64,000 nucleotides of DNA from NCBI RefSeq assembly GCF_009914755.1, contig NC_060942.1. One strand, 5' to 3'. Position 1 is the stretch's first letter, and each line of letters opens with the position of its first letter. Below, in pieces: positions 43,661 to 58,383 of this stretch. The stretch is from the human T2T-CHM13v2.0 reference genome, Homo sapiens. A model generated the notes under the pieces. That model saw nothing but the letters and a program-made list of their open reading frames with translations, searched no databases and had not been told where the DNA came from. Made by a program: the position numbers and the translations under genes.

Positions 43661-45017
43661 GCATGGGAAATGTACTTTTCAATGACGTTGCTTTAGGATT
43701 TATAATACTCTGTATATTTAGAATCTGTTTTAACTGCTTAATAGAATTTAAAACAAAACAATAGTGTTGATTCTAGATTATAATTTGAGTCACAAGAAGA
43801 GTACTGTATACCTGTGTGTTTGCTTTTATATGTATACTTTTATTTCCAGTATTATCACTTAATTGCTATGTAGATATATAACTGACATTTATAAATAACA
43901 CTTTCCTATTTATAGTATGTTATTAATAGGTCATAATTATACTAATGGAGTAAATCTCACTAAAGCTGACGTACATAGAAGAAATTTTGGATTGATCATA
44001 ATCTGCTTAAGTGAGACCTTCCTGTGACTTAGTTAATTTTATGTGTCTTTTATCATGGTACAGTATAGCATTCTGATTGTGGGTGAAGTGATACACCCTC
44101 TAAATACTGCATCTAAAAACAACCTCACCTTAATTGCAGGCTGAACAGAATTTTGGAAGGGTTTCATTCACAAACCTGCATGTATGCCTTTAAGAAAGTT
44201 CCTATATTCTTCTGAGGGTCATAGTTTGGTGTCTTACCTCTTGTTCAATACAGCAAGGACACAAACTGACCAAAAACGATGATAAAGGGTCAAGAGTCAC
44301 TGACATTGTCAAAAAAAAAAAAAAAAAAAAAAAAAAAACCACCTTGATACTAGATCAGCAGCACAGTTGACAGATTCAACTACAAAAGCAGCAATGATAC
44401 GTGGATCCCAATGGGTGGGTCGACTGTACTTATTTTACTTTTTGATGCATTTTTTGTTAAATTATAATTAGCTACATTTTGATTACTCATTCAGGAGCAA
44501 ATATATATCTTCCCATTACTCATTAATAGATGCAGAGAATAATGTATTTTGCTATTCCTGTGTATTTAGTGCTGACAGAACTTACATGTGTCTGTATCCC
44601 TCCTCCCCCTGCCCTCAGTTACGTTGTACAGACATATATTTTAAATCTAATTCTTTACAGCTGTGTATTTTACTGATTTAAGGTTTTAAGTTTCTGAGAA
44701 GATGTCCTGTCTTACAGTAAATTGATGTAAGTTTTCTATAAATGTGCTTTTGTTTTTCTTGGATTATAGAATCAAATTTTTTTTGTAGGTATGATCTTAG
44801 AGACTAGCTTATGTCCTCCTTTTACAATCAAATAAATTAATATCATTCTTTCTTAAAAAACTTACATGATTGATACCTAGTGTCCCAAAACATATGATTT
44901 GACCTTTCATTCAAAAAAGTCTATATAACTGAATGAAAATGAAAAGATGTAGTAATGATGAAAAGTAATATTATATAGTATCATTAATAGTGTGTAGTAA
45001 TCCTCTCAGTAGTCATC

Positions 45018-45240
45018 TACTCATTCAATCAGTAAATATTTTTGAGTACTTTACTGCCAGACACTGTTTAGGATATGCCATTGAATAAAATAGGCAATCA
45101 CACTTGTCCTTGTGGAGCTTACATTTTCATGGAGGGAGGCAGACAATAAGAAGAAGAAGAAGTAAATAAATATGCAGTATATTAGAAGATGAGAGCTGCC
45201 ATGGAAAGAAGAAAAAATAGAGAAGGGTAAGAGAAGTTAA
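45018..45240 (-). mobile_element. L2 3' end fragment
   Basis: tcattcaatcagtaaatatttttgagtac...tgccagacactgttt...ccttgtggagcttacatt. Confidence 0.7.
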
Positions 45241-45623
45241 AAGTAATATCACTTGACAACTTTCTTTTATCAAGCACATTACACATGAGCCTTATGAAAT
45301 TACTTTGAAGTAGATACTAATATATTTCCAGATATGTAGTTGAGGAAACAAGCTGAGAGAGATAACTTTTACAGGGTCACATATGTACCAGGTAATAGAT
45401 CTGGGATTAAAGTGAGTCCTACCTGATTCCAAAGCTGATGTGTGGTCTTAAGCCCTACTCTGCACTGCCTCACATTCTCAAAGTAACACATTAAACTTTG
45501 GAAGATTTTCATTTTCTTTTGAAATATGAGATGATGTCACAGTTTACCTTGATTGTTTATGATAAGAGGTAGTTACTTTGCTGGATATCTAATCTCATCA
45601 TTATTCCCCCTGCATACCCCTCC

Positions 45624-46063
45624 TTTTTTTTTTTTTGACATGTGGTCTCTGTTGCCTAGGCTGGTCTCAAACTCTTGGGTTTGGCTGGGCATGAATAGTG
45701 GCTCACACCCATAATCCCAGCACTTTGGAGAGCTAAGGCAGGAGGATTGCTTGAGGCCAGGCATTTGAGACTATCCTACACAACAGGGAGATACCCTATC
45801 TCTACAAAAAAAAAAATTAAAAGTTAGCTAGGTGTGGTGGTGCGCACCTGTGGTCCCAGCTACGTGGGAGGCTGAGCTGGGAGGATCACTTGAGCTCAGG
45901 AGGTCGAGGCTGCAGTGAGCCATGTTCGAACCACTGCACTCCAGACTGGGTGACAGAACAAGACTCTGTCTCAATAAAAACAAAGGAAAAACTGGGCTCA
46001 CGCTATCCTCTCTCCTCAAACTCCCGAGTAGCTGGTACTACAGGTGTGCTACTGTGTCCATCT
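45624..46063. mobile_element. Reverse Alu monomer (FLAM-like) split by a forward AluJ (about 45683-45991)
   Basis: Reverse monomer runs ttttgacatgtggtctct...tcaaactcttgg, breaks, then resumes ctgggctcacgctatcctc...gagtagctgg after a complete forward AluJ. Confidence 0.85.
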
Positions 46064-47099
46064 AGTCCCATTATTTAAAATGCAAATTTGTTATTCTAAA
46101 TTTAGACCAAGAGATTATCTCCATTAGGAAAAAAATCACCGCATATTCGTTCTTTAAATTTTCAAACATTATTTAGGACTGTTGTAACATAATAATATAA
46201 ATAGAAGTATTTTTCATTACTAAACTGTCAGTTTATTACATACGTGTAAATGTTCATTGTTGTGTCCAGCTTTTTGAAGTCATCAGTATAAAACTGATAC
46301 ATTAATATGTTTATACACTAAAGTCAACATCTATTTTAAAATAGAACTGAAAAAGATGTCTAGTCTGAGACTAAATATTGATTTGTGCATTTACTTACTG
46401 AAGGTCCTATTCATAAGATGTTTTTACATTTGTTCTGAATGAAAGATAGGAAATTTACCCTGTTAAAGTACAGATAAGCTCCAAAGAACAAAATACGGCA
46501 TATTATGTATTCAGAAACCAGACGTTCTTTCCTAGCCCGGAGTCAGAGGCTGTATAATTTGTAAACTAGAATAAGAGACTTCCACCCGCACCCTCTGCCT
46601 TTCTCATTCTTTAACTGATATTTAACAGCCTAAAAAGTAGTTTAGATGTATGTGAATTTTAAGTCACTTCTAAATTATCACTACCCTTGCTTTTGACTTC
46701 AGAATGTTAGCTACTACAAAATATATGAGTTTACTATATTAAGGCTCTTAGTAATTATAAATTACTAAAGCTATGGTTTTTGTTTTTTAACTCTGCAGTT
46801 TTCATGAAAACAGATATTAAGAAAAATAAAAGTGTAAATTTCATAGTTTTCTGAGTGAACTATGTCATTTCAAATAATTTACCTTTTTGTCCTTTTTTAA
46901 AAAAAATCTGGGAGAAGAAACCGTATATGAAAATATTTCTTTCTTGTTTAGTGTTTAATGCTCAGCTTTAGTTTGTGTTGAAGGACAAGTAGAATGTTTC
47001 TAAATACAGTATTTGAGAAAGTTTTTGACATGAATATTAAAATACAGAAAAAAATGATGCTGTGTAAAACTGAGATACACTTTCTTTTCTCGTATTTTC

Positions 47100-48458
<1,359 letters not shown>

Positions 48459-49364
48459 TTGAATTAATCCATAAGGTTACTCATATTTCAAGCAGCACTC
48501 CTTATACACTGTGTATTTACTTAAACACATTTGCTATATCCTTCCTATACTTACATAGTTTATATCTCCTTAACCTCCCTGCCCATCTTCTTAGTGGCTA
48601 TTTAAATGACTCAAAACATCTTGGTAACACATTAGTGAGGTGATGTAGGCTTATTTGTAGATAAATTATCTCTTGATATTATGAAAATGAGACTGGGAAC
48701 ACATCTAAGAACATAATTAGCTCTACCGAGTTAGTCACTATTGTTTCTGTTTAAAAGTTTATCTTTTTCTCTTGGAAAATAATACGTGTTCAAAATTAGG
48801 AGAAGGATGTGATACATAGATTTAAATAAGAAAAGATAGAACAAAAACCTGGAACAAATGTGCTTTGTAACTTGTCTTAATGAGCAGGTGGAAGTTGGGA
48901 TGTGCTATTGGAATTGCACGAGCAGAGAACTAGACCTGATAGAATTCTCAGAGAATCCCCTTTCTGTGGTCTGCCTTGGCTCTTGCAGGTTTGGTAGACA
49001 GTGGAGATGTACTTGTGGATGATGGTCCCAGTTTCTTCAAAGTCTGGGAATCCCTATTTGGTTGCTGCCTCTTCAGTCACCCTTTTCTTCCTTGCTCTGG
49101 TAACTGTGCCTCCTCGTTTCTAGGATGGATTCTGTCAGCAAAAGCCAGAGTCTTTAATCAACTGTTGCCTTGGCACCAAATCTTTCATAATACTATTTTC
49201 CAGTAAGGGCACTTTTATTTTTTGTGTGTGCATGTAAAGGTTGTTTGCATGTAATATTTTTGCAAGGGGTTTGGGCAAATAAATAGTAATTAACACCATC
49301 TTTGCAAACTTATGTAAAAGAACACATTGCAAAATCAAGAACTTAAAGTAATAACTATCTCAAT

Positions 49365-49590
49365 GACTTAGCAGCATTTATTGAGTACTTAATATGTGTC
49401 AGACTGGCTCTATGCTCTTTTAAATCCTCACACAATTCATGTGATGCCTTCATTATTGCTTCCGTTTTACAGGAGAAGAAAATGAGGCACAGAATGGTAA
49501 AGTTACTTGCCACATAAAAGCCACAGATAGGAAATGACAAAGTCAGGATTTGAAGCTGGGCTATTGCTTCTAGATCTTGTGCTTTTAAAT
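49365..49590 (-). mobile_element. MIR SINE
   Basis: agcatttattgagtactt...tttaaatcctcacacaa...ttttacaggagaagaaaatgaggcacaga...caggatttgaagc. Confidence 0.8.
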
Positions 49591-51274
49591 TGAAGTAATT
49601 TTTAAAAAATCAAGTCATTTATAAACCTTACAAGAGAAAAAAGAAACACATATATTATGACTTGTCATTTTCTTTTTGTGATATATAGAAATTTCTATTT
49701 TAATTTTTAATATAGCTTAACTTTTTTGTGTAGTACAAGGAAGTGTTTGAAATGTGAAGAAAATACTTCCTGTTTTCTTAAAGGAGAAACATAGAAATTC
49801 AGTATATGAAGATAATTTTATGTATTGTCTAGATAAACTAGAATTTCTACCTCGTGTTCATATAAAACCACACACATAAATACACCAACACATAAACAGT
49901 ATTAGATCAGAAAGCCTTAAGTTTTGAGTTTCGCATTAACTATTATATATTTCTTTTGCTAAATTTAGACCAAACAGGAAAAAAGCAGAAATACTTAGTT
50001 GGATAATAATGTAGATGCTGCATTGGGGTTGGGGGAGGGCAGGTGGGTGGTAGAGGGAAGCCATCCTTGTGAGTGAATAACCTTCAGGATGAACTTAAAG
50101 TCTGGCCTTTTGTGAGCTGTGTAATAATAACTCATGGATAAGGGTGAATTACATTAGATTGTGGCACACTATTATATATCTATATATTACATGAATTGCC
50201 CTTATAATTGATATCAAACTCATATGACCAAAAGTTGTAATTCACAAAAGTAATGACAACAATGTCTCATAATTCACAGACTCTATGTCATACCTGTGAA
50301 TGATTGCTTTTACTGTGCAAACCATGTTAAAGGGGAAAAACAGGTTTTAAAATAGATGTCGGGTTCTGAAGACTCCTTCTTCCTGATACTTCATAGTCAT
50401 TTTTAATACACAAAAAGATAATTAAATTTACTATCATCTGTGACTTTCCCCATGATTTCTTGGTTTCAAGTCACTTGCAAGTGTAAAAGCTTTTGCTCTT
50501 AATTTGAAGTTTTAAATTACAAATGAAAGGTAATATTTAATATTTGAAGTGAAGATAGCCATAAACCTGAATGTATTTTCTCCTCACGTGACATACTAGA
50601 AAGAGGAGTCCTCACTCATAGGTAGGATAAATATTGAGAGTATTTTCTCATCTTTTTTGTTATAACTATTTATCCTAAATAAAGATGGATGAATTAAATC
50701 CAGTGTGAAAGGATTCAGGGAATCGGAACCAGCTACTCTTTCTTTGTTTACCCTTTCTGTAAATGTATTTTTTCAGTGTGGTTAGTACCACTGAAAAGGA
50801 GTATAAGGAATATTCAGTTTTATTCAATAAAACATGAATAAGTGCCTTATGTCTTCTATCAGCACATTCTATGGGGGATTTAATAAAGCAAGCCTCTAGA
50901 TGAGAAGGCAATGATCAAATTTTAGATATGTCTGCATGCAAGTGCACAGATGACATATATGTGCATATTCTCTGTAGCTGGGAGAATTCAGAGTACTGAG
51001 CTTAGTTAAGGGTAGGAGTTATGTAAGAGGTAAGCCTGCGCTTATTGCGGAGGTGGAGAGACATGGGAAAAGCTTCCAAGCTCAAGCTGTTAGTTTACAG
51101 ACTTAGAAATAATTAGCTGTGGAGGGAGTGAGAAGAAGAATGGCCTTGCCCAGAGCAGACAGACTGTAAGGACAGCTTCCTTACTTGTTCATTGTATGCC
51201 CTTATTTGAGTTACTTGACTGTGCTAAGCCTCAATTTTCTCACCTGAAATATGAGGATAATAAGGTTATTAGGA

Positions 51275-51860
51275 GACAGATGAATGGCTACAGAAAATGT
51301 GGGACATAATCACAATGGAGCAATGGAGTACTATTCAGCCATAAAAAAGAATGAGACCAATCATTTACAACAACCTAGGTGGAACTGGAGATCATTCTGT
51401 TAAGTGAAATAAGGCAGGCACAGAAAGACAAATGTCGCCTGTTCTCATTTATGGGATCTAAAAATCAAAGCAATTGAACTCATGGACCTATGTCTATGAG
51501 TAGAAGGAGGGTAGAGAGCCTACCAGAGTCTGGGAAGGGTAGTGGGGGTTGGGGGAGGGGTGGTTAATGGGTACAAAAATAGGTAGAAAGAATGAATAAG
51601 ACCTATTATTTGGTAGAACAACAGGGTGACCATAGTCAAAATAATTTAGTTGTACATTTAAAGATAAGTAAAAGAGTGTAATTGGATTGTTGATAACATG
51701 GAGGATAAATGCTTGAGAAGATGGATATTCCATTTCCCATGATGTGATTATTGCAAATTGTATGCCTGTATTGGAATATCTCATGTACCCCATAAATATA
51801 TGCACCTACTATATACCCACAAAAATGAAAAATTTAAAAAAAACAGCAAAAAACAAAAAA
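51275..51860 (+). mobile_element. L1MA-like 3' end inserted within a MIR
   Basis: atggagtactattcagccataaaaaagaatgag...atgtaccccataaatatatgcacctactatatacccac plus A-rich tail. MIR halves at about 51190-51275 and 51860-51940. Confidence 0.85.
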
Positions 51861-53005
51861 GATTGTCTTGAGGATTAAATGAGATGATGCATGGAATGTT
51901 TTTAGAAGAACTGGAGCATAGTAAGTGCTCAATAAATATGATAGGCTTCTTGCCTCACTTCCCTTCTCATTACCACCATCATCCTTAAGTGATTTGCTTT
52001 AATAACATAAATGGTTGATAACTAACATCATTTATAAATCAGTTTTGAGTGACTTAGTGGTGTTTATTCTAGGTAGTTTGACTATCCTTTACAAGGATAT
52101 AAACTTGCTAGAAACATTTATACTTTACAGATCAAGAACTAAGCCATATCCAAACTACCACTTCAAATTTTCACAAATTTATAAAAGTTGGCTCGTGAAA
52201 TATTGATAAATTATATTTTCTTAAACACTTTTATATTGATTTCTTTTATCACATTTATTGTCTGAGTTGAATTTGACCATGAAGGTGAATTATTTGACGA
52301 AACAGACATAACTGCAGCTTTAAAAGAAAAAGTAGCTGAGGAAGAGTTAATTTGCATATGCATAGCTGAGTTCAGCCAATGGTGAAGTGAGGGGTAAAAA
52401 GGAGAGATAATGGAGACAAGCTTTCCGAATGTTCTGATGTGGCCATTTAGTTGACAGTCATTACTAGACTTTAGAAAACATGTTTGAAAAATAATAGACA
52501 AGACGGATATGGTCCATGGAGAAAGATACCTTAAAATATTAAATATTAATTAAAATATTTTTTAAAATCTGAAGGTTAAAAGAGGATCTTCACCATACTA
52601 TCATTAAATAGTCTTGCCGAGAAAGATAAAAGGGGGAATGTTTAATATAACTCTCATACTTGCAAAGGATGGTTTGTCATCAGCTCAGTTTTTAAGAGGG
52701 TGTGTTCAAAAACAGAGCACGGTGTACCACAGCAAAATTCAACTAAATGTGAGAGTAGAATATAGACAGTTTTAGAAATGCAGGTTATCAAAAAATGTGC
52801 CTCCTATGTCTTAAGAACTAGTGGAGGATGTGTGCCTCCAAAATTGAGAAAGTAAACCAAGAAAGAGGAAGCTGAGGATCTAGTGATCCAGATAATCTTT
52901 ATATAACCCTTTATATAAACCTTATAAAACCTGTCTTGCCCCTTGATACTTTCAAACCCCCATCTCATTGTTTTAGGCAACATCCCTTAGGAACATGCTG
53001 CTCAG

Positions 53006-53248
53006 GGCTGAGCACAGTGGCTCACATACGAGGATAGCTTCAGACCAGGGGTTCAAGATTAGCCCGCGGCAACATAGTGAAACTTCACCTCTCCAAAAAA
53101 AAAAAAAAAAAATTTAGCTGAGTGTGGTGGTGTGCACCTGTAGTCTCAGCTACTTGGGAGGCTGAGACAAAATGATCACTATGATTGCACCACTGCACTG
53201 CAGCCTGGGTGACAGAGGGAGGCCTTCTGTAAAAAAAAAAAATAATAA
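53006..53248 (+). mobile_element. AluJ with internal deletions
   Basis: ggctgagcacagtggctcac...gcaacatagtgaaac...tgtagtctcagctacttgggagg...cagcctgggtgacagag. Confidence 0.85.
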
Positions 53249-54647
53249 ACAAACCCCAACCTCCCCCTACCACACACACACACACAAAATAGGACTGTAA
53301 CCCTCAGAAACCTAGCCACCCTGAGGGTTACTTGGAAAAGGGAAATCTGAGAGAGAAGCATTTAGGCTGCAAAGTCCAGCACCCCCTCCCCATGTGGAAA
53401 GTCTCCGTGACTGTATTGATTTAATAAGTTTCCTTATGTTCTGGATATTTGGCAAGTTCTAACTGTTCCATTTTCCAGGGTAGGCTTGATTTCTGCTCCT
53501 GAATCTACTCCCTTGTATAACAGATTTACACTTCTGGGTGAGAATTTGGGGATAAATTACTGAAATATAAAGAGAATCAAGTAAATAACAAAAGACAGTT
53601 ATTGACTGCAAGGAGGGAAAAAAAGCAGTGCTGATAAAGTTATCAAAAACCACATGATTGAGTTATGCATAACATGCACAGATTGTGAAACTATCAACCT
53701 TAATTATGATGTAATTTTATTAAGAACTGTGATATAAATTGGGAGGCACAGGAGGAAGAAGGCAGGAGAAAGCGTGTGAATGTGGTATGTGAATGTGTGA
53801 ATGTGGAGTGTGTATGTGATGTATGCAAGTTGTGTTTATGTAAAGGAGAACCCAATTTTTATTGACCATAGTTGAGGATCATAAGTTTAAAGATAGATAA
53901 GTCTAAAATTGAAAAGTTAGAAAATAACAACACAGAGTTTTCTAAAGTCAAATGTCCAACAAGTCTTTGTTTTTTAAAAAATGGGGAAAATTGGATCCAA
54001 GCAGCTCTAAATTGGTTAGTGTACTGTCCACATATACCGGAAGTCTGCAGCGAATTGTTAAATATGATTTGGGAGCACTTAGAAGAAAAAGTGAGATGCA
54101 GTACAGGTGCCCTGAGTTTACCACACTCTTGAATTTTATCACAGTGTTTCAGTTGCGTTGATTTTGTTGCCCTTCATGATCTAAAATAATTTTGATGTTT
54201 TGGTGTAAAATGTATACGATTCATCATAAAATGACATTTATACTCTTATGGGTTTTCACCATACACGGCACACAATAGAAGGGGTCATTCTTCTGTTCAT
54301 GGAAAGCTATTCTTCATGATGAATTTTTTTAAAATTTGGTTTGGCATTACTCACTACTGTCAAACTTGCTCAAGCATCATTGCTAATGCCCTCATTATTT
54401 TCTCATGATGAATTTATCAATTGACTTAGGAATTAGGGAAGAGGACTTCTAAAAAATAGGAAAAGATCTGTTAAGAAAATTCCGGCCATACAGCCCAGTT
54501 CAGCGTGTCACTAGTAATAATCACCATCATGGTGCTACCTCTAGATCACCTCTGGGCGCTGCACTATACATCTTCGATACTTGTGATACTAAGGGTGTCT
54601 GACTCACTCAGATATATTTGTGTGGAAGTTCTGGCAGATGCCCTTAA

Positions 54648-54914
<267 letters not shown>

Positions 54915-55516
54915 CTCTAGCACACTTTTTACTGATATGCAGGATGTGGTATTCACTCTGTGCAGCTTAATGGGATATCTGACAGATGACTGCCACTGTA
55001 GAAGCATGATCTTCAGTGTAGCCAGACTAAACTTTGTACATCAACCCAGCCTGGGAGAGTCCCTGTAGGAGTTCATGATACACCGGCTGAGCATCTTTGA
55101 ACTTCAAGGAATTAGCTAGGAAAAAGGGGAGAGTGAAAGAGTTTTCAGAAAGAGTCAAATCCTGGGAGGGAGAGAGAGCAAGAGGTGGTACAGCCATTTG
55201 GGAGGAAGAGTAAGTGGTTCCCTGTGAATGTGTATAGAGTGGGAACAGGGTCAGGACTAACAAGAGGGGATGCTAAAGGCAGGCCAGATGATGAAAGGCT
55301 CTGTTTGTTGGCTGAGCTGCTTTACTCATATTCAGGGGACTAGCTGGAATGAATAAAGAGTCTAGACCACTCTGACAATAGATGCTGAAAATACTGGGGA
55401 ATGATGCTGGGGCAAGTCGGGGTAAGCAGTGGTCTAGGTTCCAGCTGGCAGGGGCCCGAACAAAGGTAGCGCAAGTGCTTGAAATGGCATTTGTTTATAT
55501 TTATTTAAAACATTCT

Positions 55517-57452
55517 GAAGATGGCCAAATAGGAACAGCTCCCATCTGCAGCTCCCAGCGAGACCAACCCAGAAGGTGGGTGATTTCTGCATTTCGAACT
55601 GAGGTACCTGGTTCATCTCACTGAGACTGGTTAGGACAGTGGGTGCAGCCCATGGACAGTGAGCAGAAGCTGGGTGAGGCGTCGTCTCACCCAGGAAACA
55701 CAAGGGGTTGGGGAACTCCCTCCCCTAACCAAAGGAAGCCCTGAGGGACTGTGCCATGAGGGACAGTGCTGTCCAACCCAGATGCTATGCTTTTCCCATG
55801 GTCTTCACAACCTGCAGATCAGGAGATTCCCTCGTGTGCCTACACCACCAGGGCCCTGGGTTTCAAGCACAAAACTGGGTGGCTGTTTGCGCGGACACCA
55901 AGCTAGCTGCAGGATTTTTTTTTCTTTCATACCCCAGTGGCACCTGGAACATCAGCACATCAGAACCGTTCACTCCCCTGGAAAGAGGGCTGAAGCCAGG
56001 GAGCCGAGTGATCTTGCTCAGCAGTTCCCACCCCGACAGAGCCCAGCAAGCTAAGATCCACAGGCTTGAAATTCTCACTGCCAGCACAGCAGTCTGAGGT
56101 TGACCTGGAATGCTTGAGCTTGGTGGGGGCAGGGGTGTCTGCCATTACTGAGGCTTCAGTAGGCGGTTTTCCTCTCACGGTGTAAACAAAGCTTCCGGAA
56201 GCTTGGACTGGGCGGAGCCCACCGCAGGGCCACAGAGCCACTGTAGAAAGACTGCCTCTCTAGATTCCTCTTCTCTGGGCAGGGCATCTCTGAAAGAAAA
56301 GCAGCAGCCCCACTCAGAGACTTTAGATAAAACTCCCATCTCCTTGGGACAGAGCACCCGGGGAAAGGGGCGGCTGTGGTTGCAGCTTCAGCAGACTTAA
56401 ACGTTCCAGCCTGCTGGCTCTGAAGAGAGCAGCAGATCTCCCAGCACAGCGCTAGAGCTCTGCTAAGGGACAGACTGCCTCCTCAGGTGGGACCCTGACT
56501 CCCGTGCCTCCAGACTGGGAGATACCTCCCAGCAGGGGTCAACAGACACCTCATACAGGAGAGCTCTGGCTGGCATCTGGCAGGTGCCCCTCTGTGACGA
56601 AGCTTCCAGAGAAAGGATAAGGCAGCAATGTTTGCTGTTCTGCAGTCTCCACTGGTGATACCTGGGCAAACAGGGTCTGGAGTGGACCTCCAGCAAACTC
56701 CAGCAGACCTACAGAAGAGGGGCCTGTTAAAAGGAAAACTAACAAACAGAAAGGAATAGCATCAACATCAACAAAAAGAACACCCACACAAAAACCCCAT
56801 CTGAAGGTCACCAACAGAAAACACCAAAGTAGATAAATCCATGAAGATGAGGAAAAACCAGCGCAAAAAGGCTGAAAATTCCTAAAACCAGAATGCCTCT
56901 TCTCCTCCAAAGGATCACAACTCCTCGCCAGCAAGGGAACAAAACCGGACAGAGAATGAGTTTGACGAAGAGACAGAAGTAGGCTTCAGAAGGTGGGTAA
57001 TAACAAACTCCTTGAACCTAAAGGAGCGTGTTCTAACCCAATACAAGGAAGCTAAGAACCTTGATAAAAGGTTACAGGAACTGCTAACTAGAATAACCAG
57101 TTTAGAGAAGAACATAAACGACCTGATGGAACTGAAAAACACAGCACGAGAACTTCGTGAAGCATACACAAGTATTAGTAGCAGAATTGGTCAAGCGGAA
57201 GAAGGCATGTCAGAGATTGAAGATCAACTTAATGAAATAAATTGTGAAGGCAAGATTAGAGAAAAAGGAATGAAAAGGAATGAACAAAGCCTCCAAGAAA
57301 TATGGGACTATGTGAAAATATGGGACTATGGGACTATGGGAGGAATAGCATTAGGAGAAATACCTAATGTAGATGAGGGGTTGATGTAACCTATGTAACA
57401 AACCTGCATGTTCTGCACATGTATCCCAGAACTTAAAGTATAATAAAAAAAA
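55517..57452 (+). mobile_element. L1PA7/8-like element: 5'UTR plus partial ORF1 fused to the 3'UTR (large internal deletion)
   Basis: Starts aagatggccaaataggaacagctcc. ORF1 ATG at 56847 with TAA at codon 13. ORF1p peptide in ORF 57012..57389 (LMELKNTARELREAYTS...QEIWDYVK). Ends tatcccagaacttaaagtataataaaaa. TSD taaaacattct / taaagcattct. Confidence 0.92.
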
Positions 57453-57810
57453 TAAAGCATTCTAAATATCTAAAGTCCTCTAGGTTTATAATTAATATAA
57501 GCTAATTGGTACCTAGTATTAAATAAAACATTCCAATAAAATGAATGTCTGCGTTACAAACGTCAGTTAAATTGTTGTATAAGTGGGTTTTTATGAATTT
57601 GGTGTAGAGAATATTAGTGTCATTCATGTGCCATATAAAAATCTTTTCTTTAACCCCCACCTCATTTTGCTATATAGTTTCTTAAAGTTGGAAAGACTTA
57701 TTCATAATCTGGTAGCTAGATTTTATATTCTAGACCAATCTTTCCCGTCTCAAAGAATCCTTCATACCACATCACTGAACATAAAGGTTACCGAACTTTT
57801 GCTTACACAC

Positions 57811-58383
57811 TGTATTAATTTTCCTATTGCTACATAATAAATTAGCACAAATGTAGTTTAAAATACCCACATTTATTATCTCATAGTTTCCATGGGTTAG
57901 GGAATCTGGGTTCAGCTTAGCTATGTCCTCTGCTCTAGGACACAAAAGGCTTCAGTCAAGGCATTAACCATGGCTAAGTCTTATCTGAGGCTTTTGGTCC
58001 TCTTCCAATCTCACATTCTTAATGGCACAATTCAGTTCCTTGCAGTTATAGGATTGAGGTCCTCAGCTCCTAGAGGCCATCCTCAGTTCCCTGCCGTGTG
58101 GCCCTATCCATAGGCATTTCCCTTCATAACAGCTTGCATCTTTGAAGACAGCACAACAATCTCTCTACTAGGTGCCAGCAAGGTGGAGTTGTATATAGAT
58201 TGAAACCTAATCATGAGAGTGCTGTACAAAGTAATCTTATTATGGAAGTGGCCTCCCATGACTTTGCTGTCGTCCACTGGTTAGTAGTAAGTCACAGATC
58301 CTGCCTTTACTCAAGGCCAAGGGGTGGTATAACGATGTGACTCACTGGGGGTTGGTTACCTTAGAATAGTCTCCCTACATACA
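57811..58383 (-). mobile_element. MLT1 (MaLR) solo LTR
   Basis: tgtattaattttcctattgct...catttattatctcatagtttccatgggt...cagttccttgcagttataggattgagg...agtaagtcacag. Confidence 0.8.

Noticed and set aside
50025-50057. G-rich stretch as a functional G-quadruplex
   Set aside because: Four or more G-runs are present, but such motifs are common and nothing else supports function.
55382-56934. Cluster of overlapping ORFs on both strands
   Set aside because: By-product of the GC-rich L1 5'UTR.
57012-57389. 125-aa coiled-coil ORF as a novel gene
   Set aside because: It is L1 ORF1p sequence running into the 3'UTR across the deletion. The true ORF1 start at 56847 meets TAA at codon 13.
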